64,000 nucleotides of DNA from Octopus sinensis (taxonomy: Eukaryota): contig NC_043009.1 in NCBI RefSeq assembly GCF_006345805.1, positions 53,444,001 through 53,508,000 of the forward strand, written 5' to 3'. The position numbers and the translations under genes were made by a program. Of the stretch, positions 14,210-28,960 are shown one piece after another. Positions within the stretch are counted from its first letter, which is position 1, and every line of letters starts with the position of its first letter. The notes under the pieces are model-generated. The model was given only the letters and a program-made list of their open reading frames with translations, ran no database searches and was not told the DNA's origin.

Positions 14210-14597
14210 TAAAATTATAATTTAGGGTATCTAAGAGACACCCCCACGCTGGAAATAGGAGGCAAAACTTCACTCTAAAAGCACATTAAATGTTCATACA
14301 GCACCAGGAGAGAAGATAAACAGACAAAATAAACTAGCAAAAAATTACTGGATAATCCCAGATCCCGGATTTCTGACTCTCCATAAGAAATGCTCTGCCT
14401 TTATCAGTGGAATATACTGAGATATCACATAAATACAAATATATTCCGGAATTTGGAATTATCCCGTAATTTTCTTGCTAGTTAATTTTGTCTTCTCTCC
14501 TGGTGCTGTATGAATATTTAATGTGGTTTTAGAGTCAAAGTTTGGCTGCTATTTCCAGCGGGGTGGTATCTCTAAGATACCCTAAATTATAATTTTA
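14210..14597. repeat. Diverged fold-back element (MITE-like or inverted PLE relic)
   Basis: Arms 14210-14369 and 14445-14597 are clearly homologous but diverged reverse complements (taaaattataatttagggtatct...). Confidence 0.75.
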
Positions 14598-14826
14598 TAT
14601 ATGTATATATATATATATATATAGTGTTAAAGTTATATCACCAAATAGTTTAGTTTTAGGTTATGTAACTGACGTAAATCAGCATAACTCAATGAATATA
14701 ACTTCTAAAATATCTTTCACCATCACGTGATACGAGAAATAAAGTTGTAACTGTTATGATGGAATACAAAAGTCTCAGGTATTGCAGTGAGGTGATCATC
14801 ATCGACTGCAGTCTTCAATGAGCCAA

Positions 14827-14891
<65 letters not shown>

Positions 14892-14901
14892 CATTCAAAC
14901 A

Positions 14902-16495
14902 TACACATAAGAGAGTCCTAGCAAGACCACTGCAGTTCCTCTTTCAGAGCTTCCTTGCAGCTGGCAAACTTCCAGGAAAACTGAAGGAAGGTAAAATATG
15001 CCCCATTCATAAAGGAGGTAGCAGAGCGGAAACCAAGAACTATAGACCTATCTCTCTGACCTCACACATCAGCAAGGTCATGGAACGAATAGTCAGAAGG
15101 AAGCTGATCACCTTCCTTGAAGAGAATGACTTGCTGCCCGACACCCAACATGGTTTACGACCGGGGAGAAGCTGTTTAACTCAGCTCCTACAACACTATG
15201 ACTGGGTGCTGAAACGGCTGCTCAACCACTCAGATGTGGAAGTGATATATCTCGACTTTGCAAAGGCCTTTGATAAAGTCGATCATGGAATGATATGTCA
15301 CAAACTGCGTGATCTCAACATAGTTGGAAAACTGGGAGAATGGCTTCATGACTTTCTGAAGGATAGAAGTCAGGTGGAGTAGCCAATGGGGCCACCTCCA
15401 TTAACACACAAATAGTGAGCGGTGTTCCGCAGGCACTGTTCTGGGACCACTACTGTTCATAATGGCCCTCTCAGACATGCCCTCAGTCACGCAGAGAGCC
15501 ACGATCACAAGTTATGCAGATGATACAAAAGTTTCACAGGCAATACAGAACCCTGAGGACACTAAACACCTGCAATGTGAGCTGGACGAAATATACAAGT
15601 GGGCTGAAAAGAATAGCATGCAGTTCAATGCTGGAAAGTTTCAAGCTTTATACTATCAGCATGCAAAACTGAATGCAATACCCAATGAATACACTGGACC
15701 CGGAGGGACAATCAGTGCGTGACCTGGGTATTCACATGAGTGATGACGCGACCTTTCATGTACATGTTGCTAAACTGACAATGAAATGTAGACGGCTGGC
15801 TGGATGGATTCTTAGAACCTTTAGAACAAGAGAACAAGAAACCATGATGGTCCTCTGGAAGACACTTGTCCTAAGCCACTTTGACTATTGCTCTCAGCTA
15901 TGGTCACCATCCAGTGTCAAGTTGATCACAGAACTTGAGGCGATCCAACGAAGCTACACAAAGAAGATAGCCTCTATGCAGAATGTAAGCTACTGGGAAA
16001 GACTCAAGAGATTAAAATTATATTCCCTGGAGCGTAGGCGGGAAAGATATGCCATAATATACATCTGGAAGATCCTGGAGGGAAGTGCCCTGAACTTTGG
16101 CATCGAAAGTTACGCAAATGCCAGAACTGGGCGCCACTGTGTGGTTCCTAGGACTCCAAACCTGCCATCAAGATGCAGGACAAGATTCTGTGATAGCCTG
16201 GGCTTCCGAGGCCCACAGCTCTTCAATATCCTCCCGAAGAACCTGAGAGACCTGCATGGGGTGGATACAGATGTCTTTAAAATGAAGCTGGATCTCTTCC
16301 TGTCAGGTGTCCCAGATGAACCAACTTCACGGCAGGAGGGGCAGATGAGGGCAGCTGCATCGAACTCTCTCATGCACCAAATAGCAGTTGCTAGAAAGCC
16401 TCCATGAAGTGAAACCAAGTAGCAACACCAAATGGCGGTGCCCCAGCATGGCCACAGCTCATAAGCTGAAACTAGAATCAATCAATCAATCAATC
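14902..16495 (+). mobile_element. 5'-truncated, frameshifted CR1/L2-group LINE with (AATC)n tail
   Basis: NYRPISLTSHISKVMER, YLDFAKAFDKVDH, YADDTK, LYSLERRRERY, GPQLFNILP..FKMKLDLFLSGVPDEP; tail aatcaatcaatc at about 16476-16495. Confidence 0.9.
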
Positions 16496-16532
16496 ATATA
16501 TCTGTACATGCATATTACACATGTGTATTATA

Positions 16533-16600
<68 letters not shown>

Positions 16601-17584
16601 CACATGTGTATTATATATATGTATATATATATAATAAAGACGTATATATATTTTATCATCAATATATACATGGTTGTGTGTGTGTGCATATATAAGACGC
16701 ATGCGCTTCAACCGTATCAATGTAAAGGTGTAAAATAAAAATAGTATATACCTTGCGCTTATGGCAAACTGTATGAAACACGTAAAGTTATGTTCAAGAG
16801 CCAGACAGCTCACTCACCAAAACACACACATACACACACATACACACACACACACACACAAACACACAAACATTTGCACACACGCACGGACTGACACATA
16901 CGCACACACAGACACAGACTCATACACACACAATCACTCACATACACACACGCACATACACACACACACAAACACTTGCACACACGCATACATTGATACA
17001 CACACACGCAAACACAGACACATACACGCAAACACACACACACAGCTTTTCTCACCCCCTCACCAAAAAAAATTGTCTCTTTCATTGTATCTTCAATGTT
17101 ACAGTTCTATATTTAAGAGAATTTTGTTGAGAATTTTGGTTTTGATGAAATCGTATTTGAACAACAAATGACCCAAACCAGAGTCGAAAATATAATCTAC
17201 TTTGTCGACATATCAAAAAAGAGGTTACCAAATTCTTCGGCTACCTAATATACCCACGTCATCAAGTAAAATGGGACGATCGATAATCTACAACAAATGG
17301 GGTCGTCTTTTGACCCCACGCTGTCTTTCGTAAAATAGTTGTTGGCAGCTATGAAGAAGATTACGTCGTCTACTTAGCGATACGTGCCAATGTCAAAACC
17401 AGCTTAGGCAAATATTTTTTACAGCAGTCGTCACAGAGGGTACTAAACTGACCGACAATTGATTGATGAAATAATTATAACAAAGCTTGACTTGCTAAAA
17501 TTATCAGGGAAATTTTCGTCAACTCAGAACATACGGTATAAAAATTAAAGGACATGTAATATATCCCGTTATATATTTTTCGAC

Positions 17585-18010
17585 TCTAGGCACAAGGCCC
17601 GATATTTTTGTGGAGGGTGCTGGTAGGATTAGATCGACCCCAGTACGCAGCTGGTACTTAATTTATCGACTCCGAAAGAATGAAAGGCAAAGTTGACTTC
17701 TGGGGAATTTGAACTCAGAACGTAAAGACAAACAACATACCGCTAAGCATTTCGCCCGGCCTGCTAACGATTCTACCAGCTCGCCGCCTTTTTATATTCT
17801 TTTCTAGTTTAGGTACAAGGCTCGAAATTTTTTAGGAGGGGGCCAGTCGATTAGATTGACTCCAGTACGCAACTGGTACTTAATTTATCGACTCCGAAAG
17901 AATGAAAAGCAAAGACGACCTCGGCGGAATTTGAACTCAGAACGTAAAGACAGACGAAATACCACTAAGCATTTCGCCCGGCGTGCCATCGATTCTGCCT
18001 GCTCGCCGCT
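17585..18010 (-). mobile_element. Two tandem SINE family A copies
   Basis: Repeated ctggtacttaatttatcgactccgaaagaatgaaa..aatttgaactcagaacg. Confidence 0.8.
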
Positions 18011-20648
18011 TTATCCCGTTATACACTGACCGACAACTGAAAGATGAAATAATCAGAACAGTGCTTGCCCTGCTAAAAACAGCAAACAATTTGTATTTGC
18101 CTCAGACTTACTGTATAATACTGACAGGGCACGTTGTCATAATACATTCTAAGTTTGGAATTATAAGGGAGGTTAATGGCTGGAATGTCGTGGACAATTT
18201 GAATATTTTTTTCTTATTATCAATTAATTGCATATTTAAGTTTCCAGGCCTACCAAATATCATGAAAGGATTATCTGCCTTGCAATAATTGCGAACATTT
18301 GGGAGAGACATGTACATAGGAAGAAATAGTTTGAGCGACAGAAAACAAGAATTTGAGAACTCGCTTAAAGTTACAACGCAGTGTCTATTGGTTATTCTTA
18401 CTCTCTAGTTTGTATATCTAAACACGCACGCTCGCACGCAAGTACACAGACACACAGACTCACACACACACACACACAGTCGCACGCGTTTTATATTTTC
18501 ATCAAATTTGGTTCAATCGAAGTGGACTGTTTTTAAGCTTAATACATAAAACTGTCTAATCGAGCGATTCAGCCGATATGGTCTTGTCAATGCCGTTTGA
18601 CAAAACCATATTTGTTGAAGCGAGCGTTGTGCCAAGTTTTAAATAAAAGCATACAATCACACTCACACAAATGGATAACATCCAGAAATATCTATTATAC
18701 AAGCTTCAGTTCAACTGGATACCAAATGCCCACCATTCTGAATCATTTTGAAGGATATAAATGATATCACTTTTCCTTCAGAGCCAATTCAAATGCTGAA
18801 TGAATATAGCAACATGGCTTTTATCACTGAGATCAATAAACGCGAGATAATATGGCTCTATTTTAGTCAATGATAATTGTATTAAAGACTCATAATTTTG
18901 TCGACTGAAGCAACATTTAATTTGAATCCACAATTCTAAAAAAAATTCGATTTAGTCGAGAAAGGAGGTAAAACTCAAGGGAAGGTAACCTCAAACCACA
19001 TACCCAATCGTTTCCGCTAATGGCACCCAAGATGGCAAGTTGTGTTGTTAGATCGAAAAACAAACTAAGTCCACCACCCAAGCTAGCCGCAGTAGGATTT
19101 CAAAGCATAATGAAAACGATCTAGAACAAATACTAGAGGGCATTTATTTCCCCAGGTTTCTACATTTTCTTTTATTGAACACACCGAAACCTTAAACAGG
19201 TAGAATCGATCGCAGCTGGCTTTGAACCCAGGACGTCCGGTGTCAAGGAATACTGCGAATTATTCTACCCGACTCTCATAAAACTGTTCCAACTCACGCA
19301 TTACTCGAACAACTGTATATCTTATGGAGAAGGCGCATGGCTCAGTGGTTAGAGCGTCGAAGTTGTGAATTCGATTTCCGGACCAGGCTGCGTGTTCTGT
19401 TCTTGAGCAAGACACTATATTTCACGTTACTCCAGTTCACTCAGCTGTAGAAATGAATTGCGACGTCACAGGTGCCAAGCTGTATCGGCCTTTGCCTTTG
19501 CCATGGATAACATCGGTGGCGTTGGGTGGAGAGGCTGGTATGCTTGGGCGACTGCTGGTCTTCCATAAAAACAACCCTAGGTTGTGTATTCGGCGGTGAG
19601 GCGACTTTCCGCCCAAACTTGTACTCCGGGGCGGAACGCTTTAGGTGCCCCCTTGGACATTCGTGATAGACTGAGTCGAGTTTATATCTTATGGTAAAGC
19701 GGTCAAGTAGCAGAATTGTTAGCAAAACGGTCAAAATTATTGGTGGTATTTATTCCACTTCTCCATGTTCTGACTTCAAATCCCACCTTGGTCAAATTTT
19801 CTTTCGTTCCATCGAAATTGATAAAAGAAAGTACTATCACATATTAGGTTTGATTTAATCGACTTGTCCCTTCCGCTAATAATTTGCTGGCTTAGAATCC
19901 GGCAAGCAGCATTCCCTTAAATAACACACAGTGATCTCGTCACATATAAACAAGCTAACCAGCCTTGTGGATCCTGGGGTTCGAAAAAGAATACTTTAAA
20001 TAATAATTAGCCTGCCCGAGACTCTAACCAAATGTGTAGCAATGCATGGATCGTGTGTAATTTCATCGTTTTGATCTTGCCGATGTATGCTTTCTTAATA
20101 GATATTTACGAACTGGTACCATCTAGCCTGTGTATTTTAACTTGCTTGATCAAGGACTCATGGAGTCATCAGCGAAATGAATCGTCTCGTCATTAACTAA
20201 CAGCATGACAAAATGGGTTCAACAAAGATTAAAACGACTGTTGGATGATACACCGACAAATACATTCAGAATAGACTCCAAATTTGACCTGGCTACATCA
20301 TACCTTAAGAGTATTTCAAGAATAAATACTACCTACTTTATCTTACTGATATCTAGGATCACCGGCTGACATTAATTTTCGAGTTTACTAAGGAAATTTA
20401 TAGTTTAAAAGTTTTCGACCGGTGCCGCAAGCATTGTTATCCTATTTCGCCGTAGATGGAATGTATTGTGAAGTACTGATATGAATAAGAGCACATTTTG
20501 ATGTTACTATTAAATAAAAATTATAGTGTTTACATGAGAGTATGGGAGCCTTCCACTTTACTTTTTATTAGCACTTATAACAGAACTACCGGTGATTGAA
20601 TCATTATATGTGTAACGCTCGTACTTGTAGATATATATATGCAGTACA

Positions 20649-20703
<55 letters not shown>

Positions 20704-20835
20704 TCATACATACTCATTACTACTCGCAACTAATAAACTTGATACATTAAATATAATGAAGTTGAGTGCTATATAATTCAACAGGAAAATGAAACTTCAC
20801 ACAGGGTGTAGACTTTTCACACACACACACACACC

Positions 20836-20916
<81 letters not shown>

Positions 20917-21314
20917 TTATGTATGTATGTATATTATGTATGCATATATATATAATATACATACATAGGTGTGTACGTGCGTGTGTGTGTGTGTGCATTT
21001 GTGCGAGAATGTGTTGATATAAGTGAATGTGTGTGAAATGGCTACACCCTTTATGAAGTTTCATCTGCCTATCGTATTATAGAGCACTCAACTTCATTAT
21101 ATTTAATGTAACAAATATTTTACTTGTGAGTAATATATGTATATGTATATATAAATATATAATTATATATACAATTCATAATATATATACATATATATAT
21201 ATACGTATATATATTCATACACATACATATACATACATACACACATAAATACATATATATATATGTATGTATGCATGTATATATATATTATATATATATA
21301 TATTATATATTATA

Positions 21315-21354
<40 letters not shown>

Positions 21355-21930
21355 TATATATATACAGAAACAGGCAGGAAGAGAGATGTGACAAAACAAA
21401 GCCAAGAGAAAGAGACACAGTTAAAAGAGAGCGGGTTATAAAATTATCTTTCTCAGAGCCACAGAGTAGGAATCTCAAGTGGCCACAAATATATTGCAAT
21501 TTAGAATTTAAATCTAAATATATTTATTGCACTAGATGCAACGATTGTATAGTTTTAAAGTCCGTCCGAATTATATAAAGCTAAATTGCAGATTAGCACA
21601 GTCAGGCATAAATCATCATCATCATCCATCGCCATCATCATCGCCGTCGTCGTCGTCGTCGTCATCATCATCATCATCATGAGCTGCAACCAACATGGTC
21701 GACCTGTTTGATAATGCAGCACTGCTTGCGCAATGCACCATCAATTTAAAGCTTTAGTAACGTTGCTTTCTTTAACAGTACACCACACACATATATATAC
21801 ACCGAATACGCGCGCTTGTGTGTGTGTATGCGCATATATATAAATATATATATAAATAAATAAATAAATATGTATATATATATACATACACACACACACA
21901 TATATATATATAAATATATATATGTGTATA

Positions 21931-21968
<38 letters not shown>

Positions 21969-22582
21969 CACATATATATACACAAATATTTGTATAAACA
22001 TATATATATATATACATATAATATACATATATATAAATATATATAAAATATGCTATATGCAATACACATATTTATTTAAATACCTAACCCACCAACACAC
22101 ACACGCACACACACATATATATGAATATGTGTGTGTGTGTGCGTGTGTGTTCGTGTGTGTGTAAATTTGGATATCCATATACATGAACACTTGCATATAA
22201 ACCGCAGAAACATACATGCACATGCAGACATATATTTCTATTGTTTTATACACACCCACGCATGCACACATATACAAATCCATATTATATACGCAAGTAT
22301 ATATGAAAATACACATCAATCTTCATACGGATTATTTCAGCTGCTGCTATGCAATGGATGTTGTTGGTAAGATTGCTGCAAGTCGACTTGCATATTTTCA
22401 GTATTTATCTTGGCTGGTTATATGTCAATGAATATATAATTAATTTATGGGAGTAGACAGAGATACAGAAGATAACCATCAAACAGATCACTGGTTCAAA
22501 TCCTTGAGGTTTCTGTTGGTTGTATCGGTGATAGTACGAGCTTATTTTTCTTCCTCACAAATAGGATCCAACAAGATTATAT

Positions 22583-23007
22583 CTTGGCAGGAACGTTAGC
22601 ACGCCGGGCGAAATGCGTAGCCGCATTTCGTCTGTCGTTACGTTGTGAGTTCAAATTCCGCCGAGGTCGACTTTGCCTTTCATCCTTTCGGGGTCGATTA
22701 AATAAGTACCAGTTACGCATTGGAGTTGATATAATCGACTTAATCCTTTTGTCTGTCCTTGTTTGTCCCATCTATGTTTAGCCCCTTGTGGGCAATAAAG
22801 AAATATATGTTACCAACTGACGTGTTAGAAACACTAGCCAAATTTCTATCAACTTAGAGTCTTGCGAAAGTGAGTAGATTAATTTCGATGGGCATTGCCA
22901 ACTAATGCAACCCTTTGCCCAGTCGGGGCCGCGTTGGGAGCTACATAAACACGATATCAATCAAGTGTCACGAAGAGAGCCTGTACACTACACTATCACT
23001 CGATATG

Positions 23008-23059
<52 letters not shown>

Positions 23060-23500
23060 TAATAATAATTTTTTCTCATTATTATTAACCTAGTGAGCTA
23101 GCAGAATCGTTAGCATGCTGGGTAAAATGCTTAGTGGTATTTCGTCTGCCGTTACGTTCTGAGTTCAAATTCTGCCGAGGTCGATTTGCCTTTCATCCTT
23201 TCGGGGTCAATTAAATAAGTACCAGTTACGCTCTAGGATCGATGTTATCTACTTAATCCGTTTGTCTGTCCTTGTTTGTCCCCTCTGTGTTTAGCCCCTT
23301 GTGGGTAGTATAGAAATAGGTATTTCGTCCGACCTTACGTTCTAAGTTCAAATTCCGCCGAGGTCGGCTCTGCCTTCCATCCTTTCGGGGTGGATAAATT
23401 AAGTACCAGTTACGCACTGGAGTTCATGTGATCGACTAGTTCTCTCCCCACCCTCAAAATTTCAGGCCTTGTGCCTACAGTAGAAATATTATTATTATTA
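22583..23500 (+). mobile_element. Cluster of SINE family A copies (22583-22805 and compound 23090-23500)
   Basis: Family A head and body motifs repeated. Confidence 0.8.
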
Positions 23501-23502
23501 TT

Positions 23503-23552
<50 letters not shown>

Positions 23553-23595
23553 TAATAATAATAGTAATAATACTAATAATAATAATGATAATAAA

Positions 23596-24149
23596 TGCCC
23601 TGATGCAGTACCAGGCAGTGGCTCTCGTGGCTTCTGATCTTAAGTGACTGGAAGTGTTATCATGTACATTGTTTTGTGTTGGTATAACAGATGGGCTACA
23701 GCAAATATTCTGCTCAATACCACAGATTTGCTTGTCAGTTGTTTGACCATAACCAGTTGAGCATGTCCCTTAATGGCTGAGGATATGTGCATCTCTGATC
23801 ACGAGTAGAAGTAGTGGGGGAGTATCATAGCCATGTGTTGAGAGGGATTCTTTGGGGTTTGAATAATTCACCTCTGGAATCATGGGTGTCTCGTTCAACA
23901 TCCTTAAACAACCCTTATTCAGGACCTTCTGAGCGGGATGGGGTTACTCGACCAGAAGAAAATTCTAACTGGGCCCCATATGCAAGGTCATGTGCTGTTT
24001 ATCTTGATATGAGATCACCATGTCGCACACATATGGTTATGATGCATGTCCTAATGTACCCTTATCAGACGGGTGGTCATGATGGGTATACTGGGCTTCG
24101 TATATTTTACCCCAGTGTCACTTTGATGGCATGCACTGCCCTCTCACTC
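23596..24149 (+). mobile_element. Second copy of the about 550-bp AAT-tailed element
   Basis: tgccctgatgcagtacc...ctctcactc followed by (AAT)n. Confidence 0.75.
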
Positions 24150-24186
24150 AAAAGTAATAATAATGATAATAATAATAATAATAATG

Positions 24187-24244
<58 letters not shown>

Positions 24245-25755
24245 TAATAATATTAATAATGATAATAAGAAGATGAAGCCGGCGAAGTGGCAGAATTGTT
24301 TGCACGCCGGGAAAATGCTTAGCAGTATTTCGTCTAACCTTACGGTCTGAGTTCAAATTTCACCAAGGTCAACTTGCCTTTCATTCTTTCTGGGTCAATA
24401 AATTAAGTACCAATGGATGTAATCGAGTAGTCCCTTCCCCCAAAATTTCAGGCCGTGTGACTTTATTAGAAAGGATTATTATTATTATCGTTACATATAT
24501 ATACGGAACAAAGACAGATTATCAATTGAGACAAACTAATTCATAAGCTCTCTGGTGGTACACCAGGCTATCAGTATTACTTAGATTTGTGAAGAGATTT
24601 GTAGTGGTGCCCAACGTTATGGTTCATCACAATTATATATTGTAAATCCGTAGATGAGCTCCAGACAAACTGGTTTTCACAAAGGGAGTTAAAAAGGAGG
24701 TAAGTGGAGGGCATAAGAGTCACTTACTAGGAGTAGGGACATTGTATTGCCAACATTGTATAAAGGTTAGATATTCTATAGCCATTGTGTTGAATTTTGA
24801 TATGTGCTTCTTACGGACATGGTCAGTCTAAGACAGTAATGTTCAGTTGTTGCTATCTTCAGTGCTCTGCTTGTTATAACCAGAAATGGCTCTGATGAAA
24901 GTAGCATAAATTTTCTTAGGTTGTTCAATTTTCCTCAATTGATCAATAGAACAATGGAGTAAGCTTATCAGTCACGTACCTATAATGACTACTGGAATCA
25001 GTTGTAAGCCAAATTTGTTCTAATAAAGGAAAATATGTAACGACCACTAGTTTTTACTTGTTTCTTATATATGTATTTGTTTGTATAAGTATATGTAAAT
25101 ATATCACGTGATCGATCGGACTACCGGAAGCTGATATACATCACCGGTCACAAAGCGCTTTTGCATCATTTGTAACTTCCGAATGAGGCCACCCTGCCGG
25201 CTATTCGAGAAGCCAGTAACTATGGTTTATCACGCAGGAGGCTTTTGTCTTTTTTACGAGTCAGCTGTGTATACTAACACCCACCCATCAATATGCATCA
25301 AGAAAATAATAAAAAGAAAAATAACAATAACAGCAATAATAATAACAACAAAAGCCACTGTAGCAGCCAAGAAAACGGAAACAAATCTAAAAGAAATACA
25401 AGAATAGTAGATTCGAAGAGGCACAAAGAAGCACAGTGCTTCCACTGATCGGAAGGTTAGTCCGTCACAGGGTTACCTATTTACAGCTGAGTGGACTGGA
25501 GTAACGTAAAATGAAGTGTTATTTAGATTGTGAATGCTGCATCTTAACCACTGGGACACACGCTTTAATGCATGCACACACGCATGCACACACACATACT
25601 CACACACACACAGACGTATGTATATGTGCCTCCACCACTACCACCACCACTCGACAACCGGTGTTACTGTGTTTACTTCCACGCAACTTAGCGGTTCGGC
25701 ATTATAAAAATTCGTTTCGCTCGCCTAAAACTCTTCAAGAAGATAAAAAATATGC

Positions 25756-25829
<74 letters not shown>

Positions 25830-25903
25830 ATATATATATATATATATATGTCTTTCTGTCTGTCTACCCGACTGTCTGCCTGTCTTCCTGTCTGCCTGCC
25901 TTT

Positions 25904-25954
<51 letters not shown>

Positions 25955-26068
25955 CCTGCCTTTCTCTCTATCTATCTACCTGTCTGTCTTTCTCTCTATC
26001 TATCTACCTGTCTGGCTTTCTCTCTCTCTCTCTATCTACCTGTCTGTCTCTCCCTCCTCTCTCTCTCG

Positions 26069-26099
<31 letters not shown>

Positions 26100-26269
26100 C
26101 TTTGTGATTCTAGTCATGGGCTAGATTCATATTGTTACTGAAAAAGGACCTCAGGATGAACCAATTCCTTCAAATACATTCCATTATAAAGGGGAAACGA
26201 CAACCCAAATTACTGAAAAAAATAAATAGCAAAGATTAACACAGAGAAAACATCACAAAATAAATTTTT

Positions 26270-26765
26270 CTATTCTAGGAACAAGGCCCGAAATTTTGGG
26301 GGCAAGGGCCAGTCGATTAGATCGAGCACCAGTACGCAACTGGTACTTAATTTATCGATCCCGAAAGGATGAAAGGCAAAGTCGACTCGGAGCAATTTGA
26401 ACTCAGAACATAGACAGACGAAGTACCCTGAGAGATTTCGCCTGGCGTGCTAACGTTTCTTATTTCTTTATTGTTCCATCTATGTTTAGCCCCACAAGGG
26501 GCTAAACGTAGAGGGGACAAACAAGGACAGACAAAGGGATAAATTCGATTGCATCGACCCCAGTGCGTAACTGGTACTTAATTTATCGCCCGAAAGGATG
26601 AAAGGCAAAGTCCGCCTCGGCGGACTTTGAACTCAGACCGTAAATACAGGCGAAATACCTATTTCTTTACTACCCACAAAGGGCTAAACTCAGAACGTAG
26701 CGGCAGACGAAACACTGCTAGGCATATTGCCCGGCGTGCTAACATTTTTGCCAGCTCGCCGCCTT
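26270..26765 (-). mobile_element. Compound/nested SINE family A copies
   Basis: Three partially nested units of the family A motif. Confidence 0.75.
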
Positions 26766-28089
26766 AAATATCACAAAATAATAACAATAAAACCATCAGT
26801 AAAAGTATGCGTAAGACCCAACCATGATACGTGTTTTAATCTGACAAGAAGGTCAGCGATCTATTTCAAACAAGGGCAACGCTTTACAATAGAAAGTAAC
26901 TTAATCTCTACACCTTCAAAACCAACCTAACTAAAAACATGCTCAGGATGTGGGCAGCCTCATACTGGACCACAAAGAAAAAAAAATGTTGGTAGGTTGC
27001 AATCGATAGCTGCTATATGCCAACAGCAGTGCTACTGCTAAGTAGATGGAAGATTACTCTATGTCATGGGAAATTAGCTGCTGCTGTTGCTGTTGCAACT
27101 ACTGCCCGTCTTCCCACCACCAACATACCTAACTGCGGCTCCTTTCATTAACAAGTCATTACTGGCAAATAGCAATTATGAAAGAGGGAATGAAATACGG
27201 TGCCATTTGATCATTAATTGAAAAAAACTTACCACCTTCATGAACAGATGTGAAAGATTAATTTAATTTATTTCAATATAAATTTTCCTTTTTATTCCAG
27301 TATGAAGAAATCGTCTTAAAGCGATGGAAGCCAGTAGCTACTTAGTTAAGAATATACATATTGTCTTTCTGTTTTCCATGATAAAGTTCTCTACGCAATC
27401 TCTCTTTTACTTTTTCCAATATACATTTACTACAGTGAAACCTTATTAACCTTTAAAATAGCTCAAAATACACACACACACACACAACACACTCTTGCTG
27501 ACACTTTAGGCATACAAGGGTACAAACGTAAGTTCATAAATTCCTATATGCACACACGCGCGCATACACAAAGAACACGCATACGTGGGGTTGATGGAGC
27601 TCTTGCGTGTGCAGACATGTGTGATTATGTCCAAACAAGATGTCTGTCTCGACTGTAACTATAGTCTATCACGCAGAAACATATTTTTTCCTTGTTAAAA
27701 GTAAACTGTGTATACTAACACCACTCATCCATATGCATCAAGAAAATTAACAACAACAACAACAACAATAACAACTGCAGTAATAGCAATAAGAACAACA
27801 ACAACAAAAGCCGCTGTAGCAGCCGAGAGGATAGAAACAAATCAAAAAGAAACAGAAGAATAATAGACTGGAAGAGACACAAAGAAGAGACAATTCACTC
27901 AATTTTAAACGGTTTCTTTATAAATACAAAAAAACATTTAACTGAAGACATCAAAGTAGCCAAAAAGGAGAAAAAAAAAAGAGAAAAAGAAGTCTAACAC
28001 TGTATTTTACCAAAGAGTTTTATTGACGGTCAGAAAACTAATATTTATTCAGAAGCTACTAGTTTTAGAATCAATAATGACTGTTTCAA

Positions 28090-28960
28090 ATTCCGGCTGA
28101 AGGGGATGGAAAGTGGATTATATCAACCCCAGTATTCAGCTGGTATTTATTTTATCCGCTCTGAAAGGATGAAAGGCAAAGTGGAGCTCGGTGTCATTAG
28201 AACTTGGAATATAGGAATCGAAGAAATTCCGTTAAGCATTTTTTCCGACGTGCTAAAGAGTCTGTCAAGTCACTGACTTACTATGTCTAATAATGCTTTT
28301 GAGATTCTGGTTTAAGACCCAAATGAAGGACGGGTTTAGTGTCTTAGTTTGACTCAAGTGCAGGCGGCGAGCTGGCAAAAACTTTAGCACGCCACGCGAA
28401 ATGCTTAGCGATATTTCGTCTGTCTTTACGTTCTGAGTTAAATCCTGCCGAGGCCGACTTTGCCTTTCATCCTTTCGGGGTTGATAAATTAAGTACCAGC
28501 TGCGTAGTGGGGTCGATCTAATCGACTGGCCCCGTCCCCCCAAATTTCGGACCTTGTGCCTAGAATAGAAAAGAATTTGACTCTAGTGCTCAGCTGCTAC
28601 TTATTTCATCATCTTCGAAAGGATGAAAGTCTTGCCGCTTAAATAAAAAAAAAATATCTTACTTTCTTCAGGTGTATACACATACCTACATATGTGATGA
28701 ACGTAACTGAAGCAGTATTAAATCAACTTAGCTATCTTTCTATCATAATATACATGCAACGTTAAGGCGGCGAGCTGGTAGAATCTGCAGCACGCCAGGA
28801 GAAATGCTTAGCGGCACTTCCTCCGAGTTCAAATTCCGCTGAGGTTGATTTTGCTTTTTATTTTCTCGGGATCGATAAAATTATTACCAGTTGAGTACTG
28901 AAATCGATGAAATCAGCCTTCCCACTCACTCGAAATTACGGTCCTTGTGGCAAAATTTGA
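28090..28960. mobile_element. Three SINE family A copies in mixed orientation (about 28090-28270 minus; 28360-28575 and 28760-28960 plus)
   Basis: Family A motifs. Other copies occur at about 3660, 7010, 19700, 24275, 43010, 49610, 60600 and 63360. Confidence 0.7.

Noticed and set aside
16110-16481. Antisense ORFs over LINEs (16110-16481, 56637-56945, 58672-60360, 6386-6736)
   Set aside because: Shadow frames of retroelement coding strands or (ATT)n.
18108-18317. Minus-strand ORF ending at a gtaagt donor
   Set aside because: No similarity to GABA-B or to any family I recognise.
19322-19400. tRNA-like sequences with A/B boxes (also all SINE heads)
   Set aside because: They continue into SINE bodies and lack a complete cloverleaf; not tRNA genes.
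25254-25445. Hydrophobic minus-strand ORF with an apparent acceptor and donor, resembling a transmembrane exon
   Set aside because: Hydrophobicity comes from (GTT/ATT)n. In phase 0 (needed to join the host exon) it reaches a stop, and its duplicate at 27.7 kb lacks the AG.
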